From: Orbicella franksi
Taxonomy: Eukaryota
NCBI GenBank assembly: GCA_964199315.1
Contig: OZ116705.1
Location: 12,028,001 to 12,092,000 of the forward strand
DNA length: 64,000 bases
Direction: 5' to 3'
Shown: in pieces, positions 24,235-37,273 of the stretch
How positions within the stretch are numbered: position 1 is the first letter of the stretch
Layout of the letters: every line of letters begins with the position of its first letter
Notes under the pieces: model-generated
What the model was told of the DNA's origin: nothing
What the model saw: only the letters and a program-made list of their open reading frames with translations
The model's database searches: none
Translations under genes and position numbers: made by a program

Positions 24235-25389
24235 GAGTAACGAGTCTTACAGTTACTTTTGCACTTCATCATTTTATTAATTTAGTAACTTTTGTAATAT
24301 ATATCTTATCCCGGAAAACCCAAAATACTAACGTTAGTGTTACCACTTTACATCATTGATCTGTTACTCTTACTTTACATCGAAATGATGACCACCGAAG
24401 ATAAACCCCGTTAAATAACTGCTACATGTCTTCATCAATAAATAGTTACATTAAATTTGGTGCTATATACTGTACAGAGTGCTGGACCTTGGTTGCTGAA
24501 AGGGTGGATAACTCTATCAACCGGGTAGTTCAAATGTCCGACTAAACTAATCTAAGACAATAAATAGTTACATTAAATAGTTTGGTTTTTTACTCTGATG
24601 AAGGTGGACAGTTGCCACCGAAATTAAGTGAACAAAAACCAACAGATCAGATATATTTAAGTCAAATAATCAATGCCCACCGATCGCAACAATCAAAGTA
24701 TAATCTAACACAGTTTTGACTTTCATTAGACTACCAAACTCCGCAAAATATTTACAGTGAAGTATTTTTTCAGAAAGAGAAATTATGTCTCGATTGACTT
24801 TAAACCCTGCATTAGCGTTTTGAAATTGGCTTTCGAACAACCAGGTGCCTCGATTAATGATTACTTAGGGCATACGTGTGAACAAGACCAGCTATACTCT
24901 TCTGTTCATTTACCCGGGGGATAGTGTTATTCACCTTGTAAACAACTGGGTCCTGATAACTGCAAGAATTCAACCAAATATTATATTAAATAAGCTACGG
25001 ACGAATAACACACTATACATATTAACCGATTATACTCTATCCTAACATACATAAACCATCGGAAATGAGAAAACTATTCAATTGTCCCACAATTTTCGGA
25101 ATAATTATTGAAACTTAGACCCGTTAAAGTTAAACCCCTGTAGTTTCAAGTATGGTTCAGCATATGCGGGCGAGTCGCGTTTTAACTGAAACATTTTGTA
25201 CAGAAGAGATTTGCGACCTGTTTGACGTTTGAACAAGTCTCGTTGCAAAGTCTAAATTTCCGAGCATGATACAGGACTTACACGATCTTACGCGATTTAA
25301 AGACGTTATCAACCCTTTATGCATCATGAAAAACGTGTGCAGAAAAGATTTCTGAGCAGTTTGACGTTTGAACAAGAACCGAAAATTGT

Positions 25390-25757
25390 GGTACGACTAG
25401 GATGAAAGCTGGGTACGACCAACAATCAACGTGGATTGCACGTGCGAGCAAGTGGAGGTATCGGTACTCGGTACTACGCTACGGATACCGGGCATTTTAT
25501 GACTGCGGCACGAGTAGGGAACGACTGCGATGCGACTACAACACGACTGTACATGAGTGCTCTACGACAATAGAGTTACTGCCGTAAGGTAAGATTGTAC
25601 TACGACTGCGGTGCGATTATGCATGTACATGTACGACGACTGCGGCACGACTAATGACGACTGGGACACGACAAAAGGGCGACAGCGATACGACTTCGTA
25701 TCGATTCTGGCACGAATGAGATAAGACTGTCATACGATTACGGTATAATTCACGACA
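25390..25757. repeat. Degenerate ~11-bp minisatellite with CGAC core
   Basis: CGAC at 25522, 25533, 25544 and at 25637, 25648, 25658, 25669, 25680, 25691. Confidence 0.7.
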
Positions 25758-26487
25758 AGGTTCAGGTTTAAACTGAGCTCCCAATTCACGTTTTCGTTTA
25801 AATAAAGTAACAAAACGTAACGTACAACTGTAAGAAGTAAATTAAAATGAACCCAAACTCCTAAACTATCAAAACTTGAATTAGGGTAAGCTCATTATCT
25901 ACTCCCGTTACCACTAAAACATTGAAGGAAAGGGCCGAAGGAAGAGAAGAACAGGAAAGTAAGGGGGGATGAAAGGGGGGAGGACAATTTCCCATCTCCG
26001 AGAATTGACCGAACCCGCGGCTTTAAACAAGTACGTTTTTAAGCAACATAAAGTTCCCTCACCACTGACAGGCTCACGTGACATTTGTTAGAGTGCTACT
26101 GCTGCTTTCTTATTGGACAATAATAGTTGGAAGCTCTTTGGGGGCCTTTACAAGGATTTGCCGAAGACCATGTCTTAGTCCAAGACCGGTGAGAGGTAAT
26201 GTCCTGGAAATTAAGGTGCATATACAACTAAAAAAGAATTCAATTAAAACGTTTCACCCATTTCTCCGGCGTACTGCCTTCGTTTGAACCAAATACTATA
26301 TCTCTGGTGTATGCAGTGCAAGTTCCCTGACATAGCGAGAAGAAAATTCCCTGAACTTTCACAATTACACGGCAAAACCTGATAAAACAAATCCCTGTTT
26401 GGTAAAAATAACAGGTACACTCGCATTATTGGGTATTCTCTCTTTCAGATCGAGGACTGAAACAGCTACATAGAAATTTCAAACCTG

Positions 26488-26715
26488 GGGCCCGTTTCTC
26501 GAAAGCCCCGGAAACTTTTCGGGCCCGCAAAGCCATTTTTAGATCACCGGTATTTAAAGATAAAGAAGTGTATTCGCCTGAAACTTCTTGTATGAAGGGA
26601 ACCTCTGTTCCTGTTGAGAATATGTGCATAAAACAGCTCTGAAGTCATAAGGTTTGAGATTTTTCGACAGCTTTTCGGGTCCGAAAACTTTTCGGGACCT
26701 TCGAGAAACGGGCCC
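26488..26715. mobile_element. Harbinger-like MITE (GGGCCCGTTTCTCGAAAG family)
   Basis: TIRs GGGCCCGTTTCTCGAA / TTCGAGAAACGGGCCC with CTG TSD; second copy at 42499-42726 with CAG TSD. Confidence 0.8.
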
Positions 26716-26834
26716 CTGGAAATATAAGTTCCCTACTAATGTAAAGGCATTAGTGCAAGTCAAGGAGAAAAGACCTTCCCGGAGTCCTTCATCTTTCTGC
26801 CAAGAAACCTGGGAAGGAGGTCGCAGGATTACAA

Positions 26835-29800
26835 TTAGTCTTCAAGCGGATGTCGCGTAAAGCCAATCATTCCGCTCCCGGATGTAAAAACAAGTAAATC
26901 TTGTTTACTTCCCGGTTCCTCGCTGCTTGTGTGTCTACTTAGCTTGTCAATATCGCCATTAAGTAAACTCTCCTTCTCGCCGACAAGATCACCATTCGAA
27001 ACGCCCGAGTTCTCAGGGGACGGAATTCCGCTGTCCACTGCTCCTGCAGGCGATTGGCAGTCGCCCGGGAGAGGTTTTTGATCTTCGAAGCTGTTCTGTT
27101 CATTAGCATTGGCATGGTCAAATTTGGGTGATTTGTTTAAACGAGATGGGGCGACTTGTTTCCTATAGAAAGAAAATAAAAGTAAGGCAAAAAAAACCTA
27201 AATGAACCGAGAAAAGAAACAACAACAAACAACAAACAAAGAACTGACAATTATGTTGTGATACACAAGTTGGCTAACGTAACAGAGCCTGAAATGAAAA
27301 CGTTTCGCAACGTTTTCGTTGCTACAAGCCTTGCACAAAATAGAACTGATCAGGTTTTACTTCTCGCAAAGATTGTGACAGCGCTGCGACAAATTTTTTT
27401 TGCGCCTATATTTGCGTAACCTAGGGGTGTTACGCTAGGCAACACCCTGTTCACGTTTTCTCGCAATAGTCTCTTTAAGGCTCGTCACGCGATCTTCGTG
27501 ACGAGCCCAAGGACGCTTGTCTCGCGACAGCGCATGCAACAAAATGGCGGAACCAGTTTCAAGAGGCAGAGCCTAGTCTAACAGCGCTACGCATTTTTGC
27601 CTACCGCCTGCATATCTTGGCGAGTGACTTGCAAGTCGAGTGACCAGCTTTCGAGATTCTTATACCTAATTGTACCTTTTGGTTCGCGTCAGTGGCATAT
27701 CAGGCGAGTTTGGTGTAGCTATGGTTTGTAAGTGGCCATGGCGAGACCAGATGAGTCTGATATGCCGCCGAAAAGTACCATTAAAGGTCGTTACCGCACA
27801 CAAATTCGAGAAATCTGGAAACTCCGGCTCCGGTCATTTTGGAAAGTTCCGCGATTGTCGGCGAACGTTGCACAGTTTACGAGAGCCCGCCAGTATAGCT
27901 TTTGCGGGAAAGGTTCGACATTTTTTAAGCCCTGAAAGCAAACGCTTAATATTTAGTTGCCAGCTTGCTATTGTTTTTCAAAAACCTTTTTTTCAACTTA
28001 ACTCACGAAAACATTACTACACTTTAAAGTGGCCCTGATATCAAGACAGTACACACAGGTTCTGAATACATACTTAGTCAGAAGTACAAGTAATGAGAAT
28101 ACACAAAATGATCAGCATGGGAAATGAAGTCCCCCTCGCCTCCCCGCGTGGACATCGACTCTCGAGTGGACAATAGAGCAGTGGTCCTGCCCACCCACTG
28201 ATAAGTCCTATTAAGCGTTTTCACACTGATGAAGTCATTGCAGCCATATTGGTGTTCTAAAATAATGAAACGGCGGCCATGTCGGTGTACCAAACCAATC
28301 CCGGGGAGTTGAAGTAAAAACCAAAAAAGCCGTGAAGGAGCTGTAGGCAAGATTCCCTTTTGAAAACACGACAAGATCTCCCCTAAAGATCATGTGAGGT
28401 GTCTGCTTGCAAAAGCGTCGACGCTATTTTATTAATTGTTCCAACACCGTAAAAAATACGAGGAATTCGGTTGGGCGAATTTGAACGTTGATCATGTACA
28501 TACCTTTTGGACTTCAAGTGAGCCAGCACAGAACTCAGCGCTTCCTTTGTATCATGCTCACTGTGACAGTTGGCCTGAAAATGCATTGAAATGTCATCTA
28601 ACAATCGATTGCGTGACTGATCTGAGTCTCTGACGCTAACAGCATCCCTGAGTCGCTGGTTTTCTTTTTCAAAGGAATGCAGCCGCTCCAAATACGAATT
28701 CCTTTCAGTTTTAACAACATCCAACCTTCTGAGTAAATTGTCACGCTCGTCCTTCGCTTGCGTGACAACCTCCTTCAAGAACGAAAAATCGCACGGGTCT
28801 TGAAGACGATCCGGGTTTTTATCAATCTGGGAAAGTAAATCGCGCTTTGAGTCGCCAAATCGCAGCAAGCTACCAAACGAGGATCCTTCGCGATGGTTCG
28901 CGGTCGTCTCTCGGACCATGCTATTAATATTATTAACTTCTTTAAATGTTTTAGGCGAGTTTTCAACGCATCTGCTACACGAACTTTCCTTTTTCAATCT
29001 CTCTACCGTCCCCAGTGCCTCGGCGTGTTCTTTTTCTAGTTCCATTAAGGCCGCCAGGGCCTGGTTTCTTTCGTTCAGCGCTTGGTCACGTTCAGTGGTT
29101 ATCTCTCTGACCCTTTGTTTCCAGTTCTCCTCTGATTCTCCTTGGCAGTCTTCTGATTGGTAGTTGGATTGTGCACACTCAGATTCGTCGACACCCTGCG
29201 AGAAATGAATCGGGGGATTAGGTTATCCGAAGAGACTGAGGTACAGCTGCAGGCAAGGCAAAATCACATTGTTAACAACAAACTAGCGGTTGAAACTCGA
29301 CCAGGTTTGGAAAAACATCTTTGAACGCGGTGGGAGTTGACCTTAAAACACTCAAAACTGATCTTCCACGACACTGTCAACCCAGGTATGGTCTTCTACT
29401 GCTTCTTAATCCTTTTACTGATTTTTAATCCAATTTGTCCTTGGCTACTGAGCAAGTTGCTTCACCCCCTCTCACTTAACATTACTTTATACACCTTGAC
29501 GCCTAAATGGATACTGAGCGAATTCACTTCAATCTGTAAGTACCCTTGAATCAACCGTATGCAGTCTTCCATTAGAGGAGGAAGTAAAAATACTCAGATG
29601 TAGACTTTACTTTTAAAATAAAATGTTTACTATTTGGCTTTGCTCACCTCACTAAAATACACAGTCGACTCTATTTTTCGTTTGAGTTTTACATACAGTT
29701 AGTTACTCGACACATTGTATTTCTCTGTCCATTACCTGGGATTCCACTGAGGTACACGCAGGTTTGTCTATCGCAGCGATCCCTCTATAAACATACTGTT

Positions 29801-32691
29801 GACCAATGGACGAGACCCGTACGTTCTTCTTAGGAATCAAACGATTTTTAGGAGTGGTGTAAGCGGACAGAATCATTTGATGACATTCTTTATAAGAGAT
29901 GTCTACGCCAAAGTCTCTCTTAAATGCTTTAACCACGTCTTGAACAGGAACGTACGACACGTTGTCTTGAACATAGTTGGTGACGACCCTGTGCGAATTA
30001 AATACAACTTTAACCTTGCCTACGGTCCCTCCCACACAACGCCGGAGAAATTTGAAAACGCAACAATCACCGGTCATTTTTAATTTGTGTTTGCGGAAAA
30101 CTCGGTAAGGAAAATCACGTGATTGCCGTGATGCCGTCGTTTTCAAAGTCTCTGTTTTCAAAATGTTTTCCGTCCACACTAAAACGCTGAGTCGGCGTTT
30201 TCAAATTCCTCCGGTTTGAAGAGCGTTTTCAAAAAGCTCTGTTTTCGTGACGGATTAGTGTACACGGTAGGCCTAACCGTAGAAAAAAAAGCTGCGTTTT
30301 CAAATTTCTCCAGCGCAGTGTGGACAGGACCTTGAAAGAGGTGTCATAATAATATATATATAGGGGAACTCGATTGGAGAGGAGTACTAACAGTTAAAAA
30401 AACAGTATCTATTTTTAAAGGAATGCGGACATTTATTGGATACAAGACATTCAAAAGAGTGAGACGCTTATCACAAAATATCTTGAGAGGGCATTTTGTA
30501 ACAGATTGTACTTGACTCCCAATTGCTTGGACGTGCATTTAGGAGATACACTGGGACGTTTATTAGAGCAAGAAATTTGACGCAAATTGTCTCTTGTGGA
30601 GGGGGAGCGGGGTTATGCTTAATGGGTATGAGGCGTTTGTCAGGGAGACGGTAGTTTGTAGTCAATCATTATTTCATGGCAGTTTGCTGATTTGTAACGG
30701 GAATGCGTCGTGATTCACTTACCACTTCTGTAAAGTCGAGTTATCAAACACCACACCAGTTCGCTCACTTGCTACGCACCCGATGCTAAACTGAGAACTA
30801 AAGGACGGTACCGCATCAGAGCCACTGCTATTCTGCTCAGACTCATGGTACTGAATTGCTCCTGCACTGTCTGCTTTGGTGCTACAGTGTTCAAATGTGG
30901 TATTGGTGTAAGCATGTGGACTAGGCAGCTGATCGTCACTAGCTGGTGACGATGGTGACGACGATGCATGGCTCACTGGTGCACTTCCTGGTGCGACGGG
31001 TGGAGTCCAAGTCCTTGTGCTGCTCACGGTTACTATTTTTACTACATTTAAAAAGAGAGTAAGCTACAACTAAACTACAGTTGTGAAAAGTCATGGTCCC
31101 TTCTTAGTGTGCACCTTTACTGCTCATTCATTTAGACTCTTCAATGATGTGTACATGAAGCAGCTCCTTAAGCCTCGTTCACACTAGCCTCTTCCAGATG
31201 TTCAGTTAGTTGGATGGTAGCGAAAAACTGCACCTCAACTAACTGAACGCCTGGAAGAGGCTACGTTCACACTTGCACTTGTGCAATACCTACACACAAA
31301 ATCATGTTTATGCTTGTGCTTCACGCAAATGTAAGCTTCGTGTACCTGTATAAACTGAAATACCACTGTACACCCATCTTTAGGCTCCTTTCAAACACTC
31401 AATAGTGTTTGAAAACCGTGAACGACTTGCAAGCCAAGAACGCTCTACATGTATACGTACTCCCCTTTAAACATAAAACTGTGAGTTGTTTTCATCAACA
31501 CTTTCTCTCAGCTATATGAATCGTTGCTTCGATCAATCCGAATTTAGGTACATGTTCAACTGTCAGCGTGCAGATTACAACGCCCTCAGAAAGCCATAAA
31601 CAACCATATGTTTTGGATTCAAAACAGCAATCTTCGCAGGATATTATCCATGGGTACGATTTTCAAGCCAGGTAGATTTGAAAACTTGAAGTGTTAAGTC
31701 CCTAATGAACCCAATAAACAATGTAGTTCGGCATTTGTCAAAGCTTGTGAGCGCTTTATCAATAGTCATAAAAGTAACAACACGAAGATAAATGTGTAGT
31801 ATTTGTTTCAATTATACATTTACACGATTGTTTACCTTCTCCATGATGAGTGATTCTGGAAGGTTTTCTTCTAATGTTGACATAAAGCCAACTGTGTAGT
31901 TAGTTAACAGTCAAGGAACATGACTTTGATTGCAACTAGTTAGTTACAATTATGCAAGACCACAAATCAACAGGTACATGTACATGTTCACGTTTTTTGA
32001 AGGTATTTGCAAACGTCCTCAATTTGCTAGAGTAAAGGTCAATGTCTTTTCAAAAGGAAACCTACATGTATTAATTATTATGCATTAATTAAAACTGTGA
32101 ACATTTGAAATGGAACACATTACAGATAGACAGACAGACAGACACACAGACAGACAGACACAGACAAATAGTCAGACAGACAGACATGCAGATCAAACTT
32201 TGTTTCACCTCAGATTTACAGGGTAGCCAGAATGACTGATACAGTACATGATTGTACCAAATGTTAAGCTCCGAAAAAATGAAATAAGCAAAAATTAGCA
32301 CCTGGAACAGGTATGCTTGTAATAGCCTTGTACAATGTAAAGCAAATGTAGTTCGCAGTTTTGTTGCTAAGGATACGCTTTTCTATAGTGGTCCTGCTTG
32401 ATCTGCTTTCTCTTATATTCCACCTCTGGAAAGACCTTCTTGACACGTCCTGTTAGAACAGTGTCACGAAGGTTCAAAAGCTTGTCAAGATCTGGACAGT
32501 CACTTAAATGTTGATGTACCACACTGGTCAGGAATTTGACCATGTCGAGTCGATCAATGGTGCACCCTGGGGAGACTTCAAACTCTTGGCGAAGTGCTGC
32601 AAACAGGATTTCATCAAGTTTTGTGTACAACTCTTTCTTCTGCTGGGGTCTTTTGGGTCCCTTTGAATCTATAAGTTTTAATGAGTAATTC

Positions 32692-32724
<33 letters not shown>

Positions 32725-35700
32725 GAGAGAGAAAAAAAGAAAAAAATCAAACATCACATGATAATGATTTATACAGTGGAACCTTGCACCAACCCCATTC
32801 ATACAACCACCCAGTTATTATGGCAGCTACTTTATTCTGGCCCTAAAAAAAGCTCCGTCGGTCATTTTCTTAGTTAAAGAACTGAACCACTTTAATCTGG
32901 CCACCCCATTAATACAACCAGATTCTTGTGGCCCATTATTGACTGGATCAACAAGATTCCACTGAATGTCGAAGGGAGATGAAAAGTACTACTAACAAGT
33001 AGTATTATGGATGTCAGTAATGGTGTCAGACTTAAGAATACCATTCATGGAAATTTCATGACCCATCAATTTCAGTTCTGAAAAATCACTTTTTTCATAG
33101 GACATGAAATTTTGATTTTCTAACACTTATGGTTCAGGAATCTATTTAAACAATAGAGTGTTTCTGTTGAGAAACTATCGGCCGATAGCTGCCCCGTGGA
33201 AATTTGATGTTCATCAAACAAATATTTGCCCGAGAAGGGAAGCTTCGAGGGCAAATATGCTAGTTTTAAGAACATCAAATTTCCAAGGGGCAACTATCAG
33301 GCTGATAGTTCCGAGACATAAACACTAGATATTGTCTTTATTGTTCACCACTAAATTTCCTTCTGCACGCCAGTTCAAAAATCATATTGAATTATTTTCA
33401 ACTTTTTTAGATGAAAGCTGTGAAAGCCAAAGGTAAAATTTAAAAAGGAAAATAAACAAAACCCACTTGATACAATTTCAATTGTTTATTTTTTTACAAG
33501 CTCGCTTGTTTACAGAAAATTTTTCACGGACAGGTACTATCCATCCGGGTATTTTCCTCGGACGGGCACTATGGGCTAATAGTGTCTCTTCGTGGATGAA
33601 CACTATCGCATCACGTGATCAATTTAAACCAATAAGAATCTGAGACAGTTTAGTGGTGAACTATAAAGTGGTATAATTTTGAGCAAAAATCATGGTGTTG
33701 GATGAAACCTTGAAACTTTAAATCTATCTAGATATATGTGCAGGCATGAAAATGATTCCACTGCTTTTTCAAGACCTTGGCATTTTCATGAAACTGTGGC
33801 TCATAGTGGAAGGTACATGTACTCAGTTGTCATTTTAACACTTTTTTAAAAAAAGCAAAAATACAGCCAAATGTCTGCAATAATAGCCATATTCTTGGCC
33901 AAGAACAGTCTTGTAAAGATAAGTAATTGAACATAATAGGCCAGTCTTAGTGTCTAGCCCTTAAATGACCCAGGCCAAATTATTACTAATTCTGCTCTGA
34001 GGAAGGGCTAGTGATGCTTGAAATGTCACCTACACAAACTTGTTAGTACATGTACATACGGCTGTTAATTTACATGCACATGTACCTTTATCAACTTCAA
34101 GTTTATAAATACTGTAAGCCAACTTAAGTTCTTTGATCCTAGGCCATTTTATCTGAAAGCTTACCACAACTCAACCAGAGAAAGAAACTCTTAATTAATT
34201 GTAATTCCATGGGGGCAGCCAGACTACCGTACAATTAAAGTCATTAAATCAGCTTTTAGCCAGGCGTCCTGTGGATGGCCACTTTCTCAAGAAAATTGTT
34301 TTATTTTTCCTATGTTGCCTTATAAATTGCTCATTTGAGCAGGCCCTATAAAGCACATTTTGGATAGCCACTTTTCAAATTCTGGCAAAAAGCCTGCATT
34401 AAATGAAGCATTTGTGATTAATCAACTAAAAAGGGTTACAACTCACACTTTTTCTTGACTCCTGCTGTCTCAATTGGCTTCATATCAACCTTATAAAACT
34501 CATCTTCAGAGACAACCACTGGTATGTCTGTAGAAAGCAATTATATTTAAACATTATGTACATAAAACAACAAACTAATAAACCAAGTCTGCAGGGATAA
34601 CATAAATATTAATAATAATATTCAAGGAACCCACAGCCACTACAAAAGACCACTTTCATTATATCAAAATTCAGCATGGCATGTGAGAGGCTTAGAGGAC
34701 ACAAACAAAGGAAATTGAATGACAATGTTTATCCATTTCTTTTGTTTGTGTCCTCTAGGCCTCACTACACGTATCAAACTGAATTTTAATATATTGAGAG
34801 TGGCCTATTTGTTAGTTTGGTCTGATTATATATGTACACTGTAGTTTCTTATTAAGTTAAAGGAGCACCATGCGCATACCTTATCTACATGTAGTTATGA
34901 ATTTGTGAAAGCTGGCTTACTACAAGTTTATGTACCTTGTTAAGATCTCAGATGATCATGTTAAAATCCGACCAAGTTCTTTTAACCTGGAGCATCACAG
35001 TTTCCCGAAATATGCTGAAGCAATAATTTATTGCCTCCAGGACACTTTATAATGATTCAAGGTAATAATACTTATTGACTTGCTCCGTGAGCAAATTTTG
35101 TTGACTCGCATACAAAATATAAGGCTTAGCACAAGTTTGTGAATTTTAAGATCAATCAAGAAGAACCTGCACTTGGTTTCAGTCCCTGTGTTTCTCTGTG
35201 CATTTCTCTTATGGGCTTACTTAATATTTAACTTGAAACTAAATTCTGCCACATTTTTAACTCAACAATGTACAAGTTTAAGCATTTTTACTTAACTATT
35301 TCCTTATACAATTACATTGAAGTGGTTAGACCAAAGTGGGTTTGTACACGAAATTAGTACAATACATGTTATGTACTGTACTTCTACATGTATTGCCTGA
35401 CATTCACTAGACTGTGATTCAGGTACAACCAAATGAAAATGTGTGATAATAAGGGTCTTTAACTTAGCCATGCACATGTATACACTGACAGAATATTTAA
35501 GTGAAAGAAAAGTAGGAAAAACAAAATTCCCAACTTTGTGAAAGCTTGCATTTCTTGGTGTGTATGTATGAACTCATACGCATGCATAAAACAAATCTGA
35601 AGTGTGCAGGTTCAGAATATATCCATACCCACCACCAAGGATGGTCATTGTGTAGTTCCAGAAAATATCAATACCTCCTCGACGGACCCCTCCACCCCTC

Positions 35701-36133
35701 TGGAAATTCCAATTAAGCATCATACAATTCTTTAATTTTTTTGGTCTTGCAAAACCATCCCCCCCCCACCTCCAGGAAATTCCAAACCCTACTGTGGGGG
35801 GAGTATGGATATCTTCTGGAACTGCACTTTGAAAATTCTGAGGGGGTAGGGAGTCTCATTTAAGCCAAATTGTTAAAGGGAAAGTATGAAGCTAAACTGG
35901 AAATTTCAAGGGGGGGAAGGGGACCCATGCAAACCAAATAACCACCCTTCCTGGAGGTATGGAAATTTTCTGGAACCACAGATTTAATGATTTATTTACA
36001 ACAGGTCTACATGTAATAATAAATGTTTTGTACATGCACAAGTACAATCTACAGTGTACATTCACTTGCCATCTGATTTAAAAGAAGAACTTTGATATTC
36101 CATATCACAGATGGGATCATCAACTTCAGCCAT
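26835..36133 (-). CDS. Uncharacterised ~694-aa protein: two RFX-like winged-helix domains, S/P-rich linker, coiled coils
   Basis: Phase-consistent exons 36133-36070, 34527-34447, 32668-32377, 31891-31836, 31041-30723, 29988-29736, 29195-28504, 27162-26835 (2085 nt). WH1: LRQEFEVSPGCTIDRLDM...RVKKVFPEVEYKRKQ...AWLYVNIRRK. WH2: LQKWVVTNYVQDNVSYVPVQDV...QYVYRGI. The first exon depends on a GC donor and is less certain. Confidence 0.82.
30021..30333. mobile_element. MITE in an intron of the winged-helix gene
   Basis: Same family as 4060-4328; supplies the spurious N-terminal part of ORF 29703-30179. Confidence 0.75.
31892..32376 (-). other. U12-type (minor spliceosome) GT-AG intron
   Basis: 5' site GTATCCTTAG, branch site TTCCTTGAC (31918-31910) with the branch A 19 nt from the 3' end. 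Splicing restores ...HYRK-A-WLYVNIRRK. Confidence 0.85.
32123..32186. repeat. (GACA)n microsatellite
   Basis: Direct inspection; lies inside the U12 intron. Confidence 0.9.
32692..32732. repeat. (GA)n microsatellite
   Basis: Direct inspection; forms a TC tract just upstream of the 32668 acceptor on the minus strand. Confidence 0.9.
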
Positions 36134-36696
36134 GATAACTGCACATTCGCAGAACTGGAAAAGGAAACAATACACTCAGGTACTAAAATTTATTAAAGTA
36201 ATCTGTCTTATGTACCTGCCCAATATATGCTGTTACATAATCGTCATTAAATTTATCCATCATTGTCACTGCAGTTCAATACAGTCTTTAGCCAGCTCCT
36301 TGCTTATGGCCCTAACTACAGTCAGCTCAAGTCATCCTAATAAACTGCACATATATACAGAGGCTTAACATATACATGTATGCTCATCTTATGCTCTCAC
36401 ATCAGAACAATTATTTCTACATAGGTGTAATTTTCTTGATTGAAACGTACATGTATGCATTTATAAATTCATACATTTAAAAAGAAAACCTTCTGATTAC
36501 TATCTCTGCATTTGATGCACTTTCATGTTTATACCAAAGCAAGCATTTTCAATTGATGAGACAGACAAACGGTCACTGACAGCACCTTTGGTTCCTGAAT
36601 TGCGGATCATTTACATGACTGGAAAAGTTAAAATTACATGACTTGTACATTGTATGCACTGCACATGGCTGCCAGCTTCACTGGCTGCCAGCTTCA

Positions 36697-37273
36697 TTCA
36701 GCGCAGGGCCATGAGATTCATTCTTGGCAAGAAGTATTCTCAGCACAAACACCTGAGTAAATTAAATTTATTACCATTACAATCTTGCAGGGACATTCAT
36801 GATCTTGTATTCTTTTTTAAATGTTTTAAGAATATGTATAATTTAGATTTTTTGGACTTTGTATCGTTTCAAACTTGCAACGAGCCTTTGAGAAAGATTG
36901 ATTATCTAACACTCAATGTCCCATTTAGTCGCACAGAATCTTTTAAGAACTCATATTTTATACGGGTTTGTCGCTCATGGAATGAACTACCTCTTAACAT
37001 CAGGGAGTCTAACACCTTGTCAGTCTTCCGCAAGAAACTGTTTGCTTATTTTTATGATAAGTTCAGCGCTAATTTTATCGTGATTATCTTATTTTTTAAT
37101 ATGAGTTTAGAGTAATTTTTAACTAGGTATACAATCATACAATGATACACTAAGGCAGCTTATATTAAGGAATCTGGTATTCTGTTTTAAGCTGTCCTCA
37201 AATTCGTGGATTGACTTGTTCAATGTAATGTAATTTGGAATTTTTATTAAAGATTAAAGATTAAAGATTAAAG
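36697..37273 (+). mobile_element. 5'-truncated CR1/L2-group LINE (ORF2 C-terminus plus tail)
   Basis: IQRRAMRFIL...LNLLPLQ...DLVFFFK...SYFIRVCRSWNELP, typical of post-RT CR1/L2 ORF2; ends in an (ATTAAAG)n tail at 37246-37273. Confidence 0.85.

Noticed and set aside
27670-28374. ORFs of 67-122 aa in the last intron of the winged-helix gene
   Set aside because: Built from repeat-family sequence and MITE fragments; no consistent splice phase.
30019-30333. MITE inserted into a splice acceptor / exonised in ORF 29703-30179
   Set aside because: The phase-compatible acceptor is CACAG| at 29989, which yields the RFX-like LQK-W-VVTNY; the MITE is simply intronic.
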